A DNA stretch of 64,000 bases from the human T2T-CHM13v2.0 reference genome, Homo sapiens, in the NCBI RefSeq assembly GCF_009914755.1, contig NC_060939.1. The stretch is one strand, 5' to 3'. This document shows positions 45,926-62,649 of this stretch, piece by piece. The translations under genes and the position numbers were made by a program. Within the stretch, counting starts at the first letter, position 1; every line of letters begins with the position of its first letter. The notes beneath the pieces were generated by a model. It was not told the origin of the DNA. It saw only the letters and a program-made list of their open reading frames with translations, and did not search any database.

Positions 45926-47218
45926 GTCTATCTTCATTTTTCATTGTAAACACATCCATGAACACCCCATGCATGCAGTTTACATACCTGATTGACTTTT
46001 TTTATAGATTCATAGAACTGAAATTTGGTCCAATGTCAAATAGTATATAAAGTTTTAATTTTTATGCCTGTGACCAGACCACCCTTGTTAGACTTGTTTA
46101 AAAACAGAGCAGTTTGTTAGATTGTTTTGGGGTAGGGAAAAAGGAGGATGCTCACTAAGCCAACAACAAACAAATAAAAACCTGCATTTGATTGAAAGAA
46201 AAAAAGCTCTAAAAAGTGAAAAATTCTCGCATTAAATGTAACATTTAGACTCTGTGATAAAAGAAGCCTCGATTAGTTCTCAAAGATCCAGGATAAGGTA
46301 ATCTGATGTTTTTGGAATACTATATTATTAGGCTTCTATGGAAAGTACTAATAGCTACTTCTTTGTTTCTAAGTATGCTTATAAAATCAGAGTCATTCCT
46401 TCATATATATTTATGTATATAAAACTTTGAGAATTTCTGGGATGATGAAGTTTTTAAAAATAGACATAAAAGTTTGAAAATACAAGTAGATTGATGCTTT
46501 CACTGAACCACAAGGATTTTTCTAAGTAGCTAAGTCCTTCACTGAATTCCAGCAGGCAGTGGTAGTGGAGAAGTAATTTCTTAGATACATGCAGCCCAGA
46601 TGGAGAAGAGAAGACCTTCTTTCTCAACTCTCATTTTTCTCTTCCTTTTAGCCAGTCCTTCCTTTTTGCCCCTCTTCATGCTCTAGCCTCTTTCCCCTTT
46701 TCATTTGTTCATTAAGCCTGTAATTACCTAAAAAGAAATAAGAAAAAAAAGGAAGGACAAGATGTGTACGTATATGCTCATAGTTGGATAGAACAACCAT
46801 TTCATTATTTCTATTGGCTAGAGTATTATTTTCTCACCTTATTAAGTGATCAATCCTTCTGTAGACATTTATGAGAACACCATGGTTTCTGATAAATACA
46901 TGTTTTGAGTGAATTCCCTCTAAGTAAATATTGAAAAGGCAGGGATTCTTTATGTGTTTCCAGTCATTGCTTGAAAACTCAGCCTTTTGGCTTTAAACAC
47001 CAGAATAATTGCTCAGAGCCATAAGTGCCCTTCCCAAAGTCCAGCAACAACATGTGGAGCCAACTTAGAAAACATGGGGTAAAAAAATAATCCCTGCTCC
47101 TTCTGGCCATAGTCTGATCAGTGTGTTTGGTTTCAAGTAACAGTAACAACTTATAGCAGCTTAAACCAAGAGGGATTTACTTTCCTATCATAACAAGAAG
47201 TCTGGAGGTAGACAGTAA

Positions 47219-47651
<433 letters not shown>

Positions 47652-47654
47652 AAC

Positions 47655-47955
<301 letters not shown>

Positions 47956-48619
47956 TAACTTTTAATAGGAAAGCAAACCTTTCTCATAACTGCCACCCTC
48001 CCCCACAGCAGAGTTCAACTTATATCTCATTGGCCAGAACCATTGCCATGCCCATCCCAGCTATGAAGGAGACTAGGAAAGTGAGTATTTTTTTAAAGAC
48101 AAAAAAAATAAGGAGGTTGAGAATAGGTATTAAGATTGCTAATAAACAGTATCTTTTACAGTAAGGAATACAAAATATTAAAGAGCTATCTTTAATATTT
48201 AATAAAAGCACCATCCAGGGACATAGAGAAACATGAAAGAGAGAAGATGCATAGGCCAAGTTGGGCTGACTACAGGCTCGAGTCCCTCAGACTGATTACG
48301 CAGTCACAGTCTCCAATACCTCAATTCTTCTTGAGTACCTTCATAAACTCCCCTCAATCTTCATACGTGTGAATATATGTAAATGTGTGGCTTGCATCTT
48401 ATTTGAATTTTAATCTATGTTGGTTTCATAATAGGTCAAAGATTATAAGTTTCTCCTATCAAGGCTTGTTTGGTTTTTGTTTGGACATTTTATTTCAGGG
48501 AGAATGATGTTCTAAAACTTGATCAAGTGGAGTGAGAGGTGGCGCTGTCTCATGAGAAGAGCATTTGACTGGTTGGCAATTTACTTAGGAAAGTAACTTG
48601 AACTTCCACAGCCTTCGTT

Positions 48620-49003
48620 CTTTTTTTAATTTATTATTTATTATTTTATTTTATTTTTACATTTTAAGTTCTGGGGTACATATGCAGGATGTGCAGGTTT
48701 GTTACATAGGTAAATGTGTGCCGTGGTGGTGGTTTGCTGCACCTGTCAACCCATCACCTAGGTATTAAGCCCAGCATGCATTAGCCATTTATCCTGATGC
48801 TCTCCCCGACCCCACCCTCCCCCGACAGACCCCAGTGTGTGTTGTTCCCCTCCCTCTGCCCATGTGTTCTCATTGTTCAGCTCCCACTTGTAAGTGAGAA
48901 CATGCGGTGTTTGGTTTTCTGTTCCTGCATTAGTTTGCTGAAGATAATGGCCTCCAGCTCCATGTGTGTCCCTGTAAAGGACACGATCTCGTTCCTTTTT
49001 ATG
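48620..49003 (-). mobile_element. L1PA 3' end (older PA subfamily) inserted in a MIR
   Basis: ttttaagttctggggtacatatgcagg...cccacttgtaagtgagaacatgcggtgtttggttttctg. Confidence 0.93.
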
Positions 49004-52000
49004 TAGCCTTGATTCTTCCTCTAGGGAAGGGAGACACCATTCATTCTGCCTATTTCACAGGGTGTGAACAAGTGAGAAAATACTCTATAAAGAGGAAACG
49101 GCCTTTCAAATATATCTCAGAATGGTATATATTTCACATTGGACCCATTAACTAGCTTCTCTGTGAACCTAGACTTTCTCAGGATTTGAAACTCAGATGG
49201 AGATACTGCCGTCTGGAACGGAAACTTTTGGAATATTTTTCTATGAAATTCCTGATGCTCTGACCATCGGGAAACTTCCCTCTGCTGATTTTACTGACTC
49301 CACCAGCATAGTTGACTCATGAGGAACCTCCAGAGAGAATGGTTCTACTTTTCTAAATTAGCTTTTAGAAGGGCCCACATGCTGCTGTTTTCATGAGTAA
49401 GATCTGAAGAAGAAACTGGCCCTGGGTCTCTTCTTACATTGTTTTTTCGATTAGATAGGTGCTATTATTATTCCAAACTTAAATTTGAAGAAACCAAGGT
49501 TCAGAAAGATTTTGTGTTTTACACAGAAGCCTGGCTTTTAAACCAAACCTGTCCTGTCCTGAGGCAGAGCTCGAATCAGCTGTCAAAGGTAGCGTTATCA
49601 ACCTAAGCTCCTCTTCTTCCTCATCATCCTTTCAGCATACCTGTGATCTCATACAGCCCTCTTTAAAAGGAGGTTTGAACTTGGGAAGGTTCAAAGTCGG
49701 GGGCTGAACTCTGAAAAGTCAAAATTCTTTGAGGTTGTTAGAACTGTGAGTTTATTAACCCCCATTTGCAGGTGTGGAAACAGAGGAAACTCAGAGACGT
49801 GAAGTGACCTGTCCGTGGCCATCTGGAGTTTGTGATGAAGTGAACCCTTGTGATGGAGTACGACCTGGGGCCAAAGTTTCCCCTCCAAATCATTTAGAGG
49901 CATTGGGACTTAAAAGAGGTCAAGGACTTCTGACCTAATAAAAAATGCATTCTGGTTGAGTTTGCTTAAGACGTCCCATCATCTCAGAGGCAGACATCTG
50001 GTCCAGTCCTCTCTTCTACCCCTGACTATTGCTGACCAGCTAGGTGATCTACAAACATTTAAACCATTTTGTGTCTTCAAATACGTTGTTTCTCCGCCCT
50101 TTCCCCAGCTCCTCTAGAGGCTAGTGTTTCCAGATTTGGAAGAAAGAGGGCTGGGCTGACTAAGGGTGTTTAATCAGTAACCACTACCGCCACTCCTGCT
50201 ATCCTCATTAATGCTGATGGCTTTTTCTAGGCCCCACTGGCTCCACATCTGTATATGTATTTCTGTTCTGCCATTATTCGTCTGACCTGGTCATCTGCAT
50301 GGTATGGAGCCTTAGATGAGGGACCTTAAGAAATGAGTTCTAGGCCAAGCTCTGCCCCTAGTGGCCATCTCCCTCTCCACCTCTGGGCCTCAGATCTCCA
50401 TCCCTAGGCTGAGAAGGTTGAACTAGAAACCCCCTAAAGAATTTTTCTGTGATTTATTTTCCTTTCTGGGTAGAATTACAGTTCACCATCATTGACTATT
50501 TTTGGCTCAGAATTATTGTGGTTCAGTGGTAGAAGAGGAACTTATTACAAATTCAACTTTGAAATGTTTTGAGATCATTAAGAGAAAACTGAGCTAACCA
50601 TTGCCTCCAGAGCATTTGATGTTACCAGCCTTGCTGGGCAGAAGGAGGCCTAAGGAAAATGGAAATTGGAGACAGAAGTGCCTGGAGATTCTAGACTCTT
50701 TCTCTTGCCCTCTACAGACCACTTGTCCAGGGCCCACAGCTCTTAAGAAAAAAAAAAAGAGAGAGAATAAAACTGTTTCCTACATTATTTAACAGTACCT
50801 CTCATTGAATGACAAATATTTACTGGTAAATATTTTAGTGTTATTCCTATAAAATTAGTGGCCGTGTATATCAACAGTGCATAGCTTTCTTTTTGTGGTC
50901 ACACTTAGTTATTACTACAGCCCGGTGACAAGTTTGTTTTTCAAGCTGTGGAAATAATTAGAACGTCAAATACCACTTCATGATTAAAAACTTTCTAACC
51001 AGGAATAGCTCCCCCTTTGCAGTAATTACTTGTGGCAAATATCCTTTTTTAGAAAATAAATGCTGAACAAATTGAAGTCAGATCATTTTTTCCTCTCCTG
51101 CTAAAATAATTGCATGAGTAAGAGGTGATTTCAGTTTAGGGACATGTGGAGTTTTATATATTGCAGGATATAACATTCAGTCTTGAGCACCCTTACACAC
51201 CCTCCCCTCTATCTCAAAATATCTCTTTCTCGGAGTCAGAGTTGAAGTGGTATCCATCTTCCTTCAAAATCAAACCTTCCTCGATCCTCTTCTGCCTCAT
51301 TGGAGATATTAAGTCCTGAATTTTTTTCCTTAACAGCTGTAGTTTGTCCCCCTTTGCTAGTTTGGGATTCCACTTCCAGTTCCACTTGTGGGACCTTGGG
51401 AAAGTGAAATTTTCCGAGGCCCAGCTAAAAAGTGGGAATGATGATTTTACCCCACAGGGTACTTGTTATGTGAATTAAATGAGAAAGTTACATTTTAGGA
51501 TACTCCCTGGTATATAATCAGCTATCCGTAAATGCCCATTCTCTCACTTACGTGTGGCATAAGTGGCATACATGGCTTACCATTTTGGTTATGCATGCAG
51601 TTATCGCTCACATCTTACTGAAACTTTCATTGGAACTAGTTGTCTACCTCCCTAATGCCAAGTTTCTTTTCTGTTTTTTTTTTTTTTTTATTTCCCACTC
51701 CTCTGTCCACCTCTATATACATTTTAGAAATAGTTTTAAAAGCTTCCTTCAGATTGGCCCCTTATCTGCAGCTCCCGGGTGTGAATTTCTTTGTTGTGAA
51801 TGCTGGCTCATGGTGAGGTAATTCTCCCACGCTTTGCAATTTTGGAGTGTGAGCTAGTGCAGCAGGGTCCTTTTCCTGGAGCTAACCCCCTGGCTCAAGA
51901 GGAGTACCTATGAGAATATTTTGAATTTGCCTTTTCGGGGTCCTGCAAAACCAGGATTTATGTTAACTAAGCTTTTGAAGACACCACCTATTGAGTATCT

Positions 52001-52719
52001 GCCCACCAGTTCAGAAAGCTTTTAGCTTTATTCTGAGAAAATCTCTCAGATGTAGCTCCCTTTCAGCCAGGGAAGTAGTTGACCACAGTCTCAGTTGTGA
52101 ACTTTATTAAAACTGCATTAAAATCCCAGCCTTGCAGGGCTTATTGGGTTCTCACACCACTGTAAGACATTCAGCTGTATGCCAGTGCAACATGCTTCTG
52201 ACCTTGCATTTCCTCGTCATTTCTGACACCTTGGGATTTCCCTTTCTTATTCTGAATTTAGCGATGTGGGATTTGTGTACATGTGTATTCTATCCAACTT
52301 ATCTCTCTGTTTGGAGATGGAAGGTGGGATTTTTGCATCAGTTCCCACTGTTGTAAGCAGGCAAGAAATTGTGTTGTTTTCCTTAAGCACTGGAATGAAT
52401 GGCTTTTGCTAACAGCTGCAGACTAGTTTTCAGCTCCATTACTCTGTGGAAACTGTTTTCTGGAAAGTCAACAGTGACCACTTCCTTGCTAAATCCAATT
52501 GCCTTTTCTAAGTCTCGGGATATATAAAAGATTTTATGAGCATCTTGATAGCTGTAACCTGCAAGAAACTGTCAACCAGTGTATAAGGGCCAAAGCAACA
52601 TGGTATAGAAAAAAATCTTCTTTGACTTATGTTTGCAGTTCCCCTTATGGCCAGCTTAGAATCTTTCATGTAGATATTTGTCTAGCTCCAAAGTAAGATC
52701 ATGTTAAATGGTATATAAT

Positions 52720-54230
52720 TCAAGAATGTTGTTCAAATGTTTGTTGAGGACCTTCAGAAATATTTTTAAATTTTTCTAAGTGACTTTAACATTTTAAAAA
52801 TTGACTTATATTTTATCTTTTTAAAATGCTATTGTAAATAGAATCTTTTCTTCCAATATATCTTGAATCTGGTTATTGTTTATAAATATGAAAGTTATTG
52901 GCTTCTCTATAATTTTATATACTTTATCTTCATAAATTCTTTTTTATTTCTGTGGTTTTAATTTTTTTCCTCTTTGGGTGTTTGATGTATGTAACCATAT
53001 CACCTGCAAGTAATGATAATTTTATTCCTCCTCATCAAATTTTTTACACATACTTTCTTTTTTCTTATTCAGTTATGTAGGCTGCTGCTTCTAGCACAAA
53101 AGTAAGAGTGAAATCCTTGTCCTGCTCCTGAGTTTACTGAAGATGCTTCTTGTATTTCTCTCTTCAGCAGGATGCAAGCTCTTGGGCAGCGGTAGATTTA
53201 TTGTTATCATATGAAGGGAACATTCTAATATATTTGAATATTTCTAACAAGAATAGATGTTGAATTATGCTTTTTCTTCTTAAACTTATTTATATGGTGA
53301 ATTATATTAATATATCTCCTAATATTAAACTGTATCTCTGGCATACATGCCACCTGATTAGGATGCATCGTTCTTCTAATGTCCTGAATTCTGTTTTAGT
53401 AAGTTATTTAGAATTTTTGCATAAGAATTCATAAGACGGTTTCATTTTTGAAATCTTTGTTGCATGATGTTATTGCTCACGTCAGAAAACTTAGACGTTT
53501 CCATTCTATCCTGTGCTCTAGAATAGTTTAAATAAGTTTGAGATTTCCTGTTCTGTAAAGTTTGGTGGAAATCTTAAATGAAACCAGCCAGATCTCATAC
53601 TTTTTAGAAGATGAGGCTCTTTAGCAACTTTCTTCTTTTTTTTCCTTCCATGGAGATTAGCCTGTTTAGATTTTCTCTTTCTTCTGGAGTCAGTTTAAGT
53701 AAATTGTATTTTTTTTCAAAAATTGTCCATTCTTTTAGGTTTTTAAATGTATTTGTCTTGAGTTTAGCTAAATAGTCTTTTATGATTCTTTTCATTTACT
53801 TAGGTTTTGTAGTTATTTCCTCATAACATTTCTTAGTTTGTGTATTTACTATTCCTCGCCCCTTTCCCGATTAAGTTAGCTAGCAGATTATGTATTTTGC
53901 CCCTGCAAAAGCTTTTAGTTCTGTTTATTCTACTATTAGCGAGTTATTCCAGCTCACCAATATCTGATGTTATTTTTATTAATTCCTTATGCTTCTCTTC
54001 AGTTTATTTCTTTTCTCTTTTCTACCTTCAAATACCCAAATTTGCTGTCATCTGAGATTTGCAGTTAAGTGTGTTCAGAGGGTCCCGCCAGTCCCTTTGC
54101 CATAGCTTCTCCCATCACCTTTCTGTTGGCTGAGGTACGTCTTCTAGAAATTTCCCCAGAAAAGCTCATAGGAACAATATTCTCAGAGTTCCTGAATATT
54201 AAAAATTATTCTCCTGTGAAGAAGTATGAC
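52720..54230 (-). mobile_element. Old L1M ORF2-region fossil
   Basis: tgctattgtaaatagaatc; catatcacctgcaagtaatgataat; ccttgtcctgctcctga; gaatagtttaaataag. Confidence 0.75.
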
Positions 54231-55209
54231 TATGTAGCCAAAAAATAGGGAAAGAAAATATGATAGAGGTGTGGAGTGTTACAGAATTGGGTCAATAAGT
54301 TAGTTGCAGCTAGTTGTTAGAATCATATTCTTTTTCTGGATTTTGGTGGTGGGTGTAAAATATATCATGCATTACCATTTCTTTGCTCATTTTAAGTAAG
54401 TGCTCTCATTGTAGCTAATTTTGTATTTAAAATGTATTTAAAATGTTGTCTTATTCATCTTTAAAAGGTTCTTACCCCCCAAATTGCATAAATCTCAGGC
54501 CGACAACCCCCAGGAGCTATCCCCAGCTGCTGCCCAGCTCACCATCTTCTGTGGGGACTCCTCTGCAGGCGATGGATATGCCTTAGTCCCTCAGAGGTGC
54601 CCCTCACACTCCAGAAGTGCATTATTTTTAGGGCTTTATGAAATCTGCTGCCTCTAGACTCTCCCCTACTCCGCTTCTCCACATTTCCTCCTCTATACCT
54701 CTGGAGAAAATTTGTTTTCATTTTGTAACCCTTAAAAAAAATTTGATGTTTGTCTCCTGGTTTTGCCAGAAATAGAAGATGGTGGGTTTTTTCTTTTGTT
54801 CTCATTTTTGGGTTATTTCCACATGAAAGACGGGAGAATGCTGACTTATGCAATAATTTTCACATCAGAAGTCCGCTGCTGTCATTTTAAACATTTTTTT
54901 TTCTATTTTGAAAATAAAACACATACCCATTATAGAAAATTTGGATCCTGAGAAGTATTAAAAAAGAAAATTAAAACCACCATCACTGTTAAAATCTTTG
55001 TGTATTTCTTTCTAATCTTTTTTCCATGCTTACATATTTTCTTTCCTTTGAAAGATTGAGATCACTCTAAACCTACAGTTTTGTGTCCTGATTTTTTTTT
55101 CCACATGAGCATTTTCCCATTTCACTAAAAAAGTTGTAATGTTTACATAAAATATTTTACCATTTCCATATTGCTAGGCATTCAGGTGATTCTACTTTTA
55201 AAAATTATA

Positions 55210-55805
<596 letters not shown>

Positions 55806-55824
55806 TTAATTATAAGTTGTACTA

Positions 55825-56046
55825 TACAGGTTGGCAAACTACGGTCAATGGGCCAAATCCAGTCTACTGCTACCTGTTTCGGAAATAAAGTTTTATTAGA
55901 ATATAACCGTGCCCATTTGTTTCTGTATTGTCTTTGGTTCCTTGCTACAATGGCAGAGTTGAATAATGGCAATAGATGCCAGGTGGCCTGCCAAGCCTGA
56001 AATATATATTACCTGGCCCCTTAATAGAAAGGGTTTCCAAACTCTG
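55825..56046. mobile_element. MER58A (hAT-Charlie MITE)
   Basis: ggcaaactacgg...gggccaaatccag...aaataaagttttatt; 8-bp TSD TTGTACTA at 55817-55824 and 56047-56054. Confidence 0.9.
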
Positions 56047-56320
56047 TTGTACTAACACAACATAAAAGTGAACATGTTTGCATGTTCATTTTTGTGTGCA
56101 TGTATGGTATTTTCTCAATATAAAGCCCAAGAAATGGAATTACTTTGGTCAAAGGGATGTAAACATCTTTATGGCACTTGTCAAGTTGTCCACCAGAAAA
56201 GCTGATTGACTGTTCCACTACTAAAATGTGAAAACATGCCCTTTTCCTCCACACCCTTGACAACACTGGGTATGATCATATTTTTAATGTTTTAAATTTG
56301 GAAAGTTAAAGAAGGGTATC

Positions 56321-57025
<705 letters not shown>

Positions 57026-57283
57026 GTATCTTATTTTTGCTTGCCTGCCTTTGATGACAAGTCAGGTGGAATATTTCTTCTTCATTATCACTTTTATTTC
57101 CTGTTTGAAATGCCTGTTCATGTCATTTGCATGTTTTTCTGTGGGCATGTTAGCTGTTTTCTCGGTGGTCTGTGAGATGTATTTATATATTATGGATGTT
57201 TTACACTTGATGTTTTGACATTTTCTTTTCTCAAAACAACAGCATACATGTAGTCCATATTGGATGGGACACCATTAGTCTAA

Positions 57284-57625
<342 letters not shown>

Positions 57626-58459
57626 TTAGGTTTTGTTTTGAAGGGAAGCCCCATGAAGCATATTTGTAAGAGAAAGCAAAACCGCTGAGGACCTGGCTTC
57701 ACCAACTCCATGAGCCTGAAAGAAGGAAGCTTCTAGAAAAGAAACATGGCAGTAAAGGAAGCCTCTTTCCCTTTGTGTCCCAGGTCCAGAGTTAGCCCAG
57801 GGTCTTTTTCAAAGTGCAGAAGCTCCCTATTGTTTCTAAAGAAGCCCCTAAATCAATTCCATGCTCATGGAACCTAGTAGCAGGAATCGATTTGCTTGTG
57901 GTGAGAATTATTACTGAAGCATGCCACATTTAAACCCTTTGCCCTCCATGAAATGTCTTTTTTTTTTTTTAGAACCATATAATGAACTGTTGAAAAAGGG
58001 TTAATCACTGTAATGAGGAAAGTAGCCCCTCAAAAAACCACTCTACCCATCAAACTTTCCAAATAAAATTTGTGAATTCAGGTAGGTTTCTTGGCTTAGA
58101 GGAGTCGACAAGAAGATACTTCAGAGCCATATGGTTGTTCTCCAAAATAAATAAACCTGCTTGAGATATCCAGAGTAAAAATGGTTTGGGAAGACTTTAG
58201 TAAGGTTGGTATAAAAGCATGAATGCTAAGCCAGCTTGCCCCTCGTCAGATTTCATGGGCTCTGGGGTAATGTGAGAATGGCGGATTTTTTTGTGACAGA
58301 GCTGGAGAAGTTAACACTGAATTGTGAGACCACCTGCGGCGTCTTCTGAGCTTTGGCTGCCAAGCCAGTGCTCTGTCTAACTCTCACTCTTATATTTCTT
58401 TGATTTTTAAAAATAATTTTTATCCTTTCCTCTGAGTTTGGACAGGAGCCATCTCAAAC

Positions 58460-58680
58460 TTAATGATAACCTCTATTTATGTAGCACCCCACAGGTACAA
58501 AGAGCTCCTTTCATGTGATCTTTATCATCTGTGTGGAAAATGTAGCTATTATCCCCATTTGATAGCTGAATAAACTGAGGCTCCGGGAAGCTTAATGTGT
58601 TGCTGTGGGCCATATGACTAGTCTATATCAACATTAGTGTTTGAATGTGGGGCGTTAGCTTTACTCTGAGACCTCCATAG
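58460..58680 (-). mobile_element. MIR
   Basis: tattatccccatttgatagctgaataaactgaggctc. Confidence 0.75.
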
Positions 58681-61384
58681 ACCTCAGTGTGAACACTTCA
58701 CACTCACTGTGAAGAGTGTGATTAGATTGCCCCAGAATTGCTGGCATGAACTTTCTCTGTCTTTAGGACAGCTCTGTCATCCAGAGGACAAAGGTTTATT
58801 GGGCTCACACTATTTCTTGCCACTCCGCTAGACACTTCATACCCGGTCTGTCAAATCAGCCACGGCTGCCTTCCTTGTGAGGGAAGGGCTATTGCCATCA
58901 TCATAGCTGGGGCAAGAAGGGCTCAGAGTGGTCACCTTGCCCAAAAGCACAGCACAGCTAATCAGAGGTTGCGCTGCATGTGAACCCTGTCCTGGGTGGC
59001 CCCAGGACTGGCCTTTAGAGCACTAATGAGCGCATGGTTGTCCCTAGCAGCCTTGGCTCTGACCTTCCTAGTTTACAGCGTCGCTTTCAGGTGGCACCTG
59101 TGGATGGGACACCCAGGTATAATCTAACTTTAATTTGATTGAAGATTGTGAGGGCCAATTTTTCAAGGAAATTAGGCATACCAACAAGGAGAGTCTTTTC
59201 AATTTACACCTGAACCTTTGTAAGTGAAAAAATTTAGGAATAACTATTTTTCCATTTGCACTTATTGTTTGTATTTGCAAACTGAGCATCTGCGGGGAGG
59301 AACATTATTTGGTTAAATTATAATAAAATAGGTGAATACTAACTTTTTTTAAAAAAAGGACGGAGCTCATCTCTGTCCCCATCTTTTCTTTTCTAACCCC
59401 CCTTCCAAGTTGGGAAACCTTGTGCTCTAAATGTCTCAGTGATCCCAAGTCATTGTCAGCCTCTGTGTCTCAACAAAAGCAAGCACAAAATGTAAGTAGC
59501 TCCCCAATAGGACACTGGCTTTTAATTAAATACTTTTAAAAGCTTTCAAGCAACTGAAGTCTGTATTATATACAATGTTTCCTATTTACTTTTCCATACT
59601 CTGACCCCCCACCCCCACCGCCACCACACGATGGACCCCAAGAGAAATACCTTCTGGATTCTTGCCCATTAGTGAATTTGATATTTTTCTTTTCAGTTCT
59701 GTTTCAGATCAGGAAGAAGGGTGGCTTTATAAACCATTACCAAATCAAAGCCCCATCAGAGGAGGACAGAAGCCTCCATACATTGGGATGAATTATTTTC
59801 GGCTCTTGATTTTATGCCAGTGCTAGTGAAATTTCACAGCTGGTTATTAAAAGATCCCAGGGTCAGGGTTATGTGCTATTTATGTCACAAGAAGCAGGAG
59901 AAATAAAATACCCTAAAGATATGAAAACATTTTGTAAATCGACATATTTTTGGCATCTGTTTCTCTTTCAGGGCCTAAGAAGTGATTTAGGTGCTCTGAT
60001 GAGGTGCTGGTAGGAAAGGTCTCCACTGACTCCCAGCTTAATGGTCCACGCACCTCCCAAAGTATTGATACAGCTGACCTGGCTCAGGCCCAGTGACGGG
60101 TGAGAGGAGGGAGGCTGAGGAAATGTGGGCAATTTATTGCTTTTCAGAAAGCGGGGAGAAGAGATGGTGCCAGTGACCTAAGTCACAGTTTCCTCGAAAG
60201 GTAGAAATTGCTAACAATTCAAGTTGACAACTGCCAATAGCAACCCAACCCCGTTTTTCTCACCATAAATTTGAATTGTTGGGTTACTTTTGAGAATGTT
60301 GAAATGGAGCTCTCCTCTCCTACTGCTTGGAGCAGTTCCAACCCTGCCCTCAAATGTAAAGACCCAGGCACCAAAGTCCCTTTAACCAGAGAAGAAAGCC
60401 CGCAAGTAGACAGTGGCCCCTCTCAGAGCAGAGTCTGCCCCAGGAAAGGAATGGACTTTGAGCATCTTATTGTGATTAACTGATTGTCCCCAATATTCAT
60501 TCCCTCCCTCTCATCACTTCACCCTGCCAATACCACTCTAAACTGAAATAGGATACTAAAAGTATAGTTTCTCTTTGTTAGAAACATGACATGGGAAAGA
60601 ATGGAACATTCTTCCCTGTGCTCGGGACATCCAATACCAGACAAGTCAAATAGGACCTGCTCAAATTCTGCTGGGTCATGACAGCTGTAGACTGTAGACA
60701 CTGTAAAGGATTAAAATGAGTGTCAATATTATTATCTTTGTAACATAGAAGAATTTGGACTTAGAAACCTCCCATGTGGGCTGTAGAGGAGAAAGTCTAA
60801 AAACGCTTAATCCCAGGTAAAAACTGTTTTACAAACACATGCCCCTGTCCCCAGAAACTCTCCCAAGCACCCTGTCCTTTTGTTTTTAGTAACTCCATGA
60901 GGCTTCACCTCAGGAAAAGACCATGCGTCTCATTTAAGCCCATGGTAGAGTCACTAGAGGGACTGGTTACAACTTCAGGCTTTGGCAGCGTTCAGGACAG
61001 GGCCTTCCCCTGCTTACATTCTGGAGGGGCAGTCACAGTTCATGCCAATCTCTTGCCTACACAGTAAACCACCAGCATAGGCACTCATCTGCCTGGTAGC
61101 AGAAGCTTCTTCCATAGAGGAAGGGATAGATTTAGCTAAATACCATCCTTTGGTTTCTTAAGTTACAGATCAGTTTGGAACGTCGCTTGTTCTAGGTGAA
61201 TCTGAGATGTTCTTTGAGCTGAACTGAGATAATTTAAGGATATGTAATTGTACCTGTCACTTACCTGAACTACAGCTTTTGCATGCTAATGTTTCTTCAT
61301 GGTACAACAAAATTAATGTTTCATATTAAAAATTGATTTAGTTGTACAATAGAAAGCAGTTGGGATGAATTATTATGTTACTGA

Positions 61385-61855
61385 GATTGAGAATGGGCTT
61401 CATAAACAGAAGATTCCAAGATAATCATGGCCTATAGTCCCAAAGGTGGTTTTCTTTTTTCTTTCACTTGAAAGAAGTCTGCGTATGGGCAGTGAGGATC
61501 TTAAGTTCCTCAGTCTTTTTGTTCTATCACTCCCAGCATGCAGCTTTCATCCAGGTTGCCTCCAGGCCCAAGGTGGCTGCTGGAGCTCCTATCAACAGAA
61601 CCACATTCCAGGCAGCAAGGTAAAGAAAGAGGAGAAAGGCAAAAAGTACGTTACTCCCTGTTCCCCATTTAAGGACCTTTCCCAGAAACTTACCCCATAG
61701 CTTCTACTGACATTTCACTGGACACCTCTAGATACAGGAAAGGGTGGAAACTATAGCCATCTAACCAGGCACAATGATGCTTGGAATAAAACTAGGGTTC
61801 TGTCCTTAGGGAGAAGGGGAGAATGAGTCTGAGGAAGTGACTCAGTCTCTACCAT
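61385..61855 (-). mobile_element. MaLR MLT1J/K-like LTR
   Basis: caaggtggctgctggagctcc...cacattccaggcagc...agggttctgtcc...gaaggggagaatg. Confidence 0.65.
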
Positions 61856-62271
61856 AAGCAATACTAAAGAAAGGAAAAGACTCTGACATGGCTCCTCCCT
61901 TCTTTCCAGCTAAAAATGGAAAGAAGGTAGCAGCCATGCCACAGGGTTGGTAGCAGCTAAAAATGAGATCAACCGCTCCAGGAGCATTTGCTGGAAGCTT
62001 TGGGCTCTGAGCAGGGTGATGAATTAATTACCAGCCAGAGAGAAGGAAATACATGAACACTGGGCACGCTGCAGACCTCACCATCCAAGAAATGGAACAC
62101 CAGCACTGCCATTGCATTCCAACCACCAAAGAGTATTTTGCCAAAGGAAAGATGTTGTGCAGTTTCTGAAATTGTTGCACCCAAAATGAAACCTTTCTGC
62201 GATGATAATACCATTATACAGGCGAATGTTTTCCAAAATGCTGTGTTAATAAGAGAAGGGGAATATGGCTA

Positions 62272-62649
<378 letters not shown>

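Noticed and set aside
50352-50368. CTCF-like GGCCACTAGGGGCAG on the minus strand
   Set aside because: One G short of core spacing, no upstream module, and lies in a MIR-like remnant
61259-61267. Perfect minus-strand donor CAG|GTAAGT
   Set aside because: No convincing partner acceptor; an isolated 9-mer is unremarkable in 64 kb
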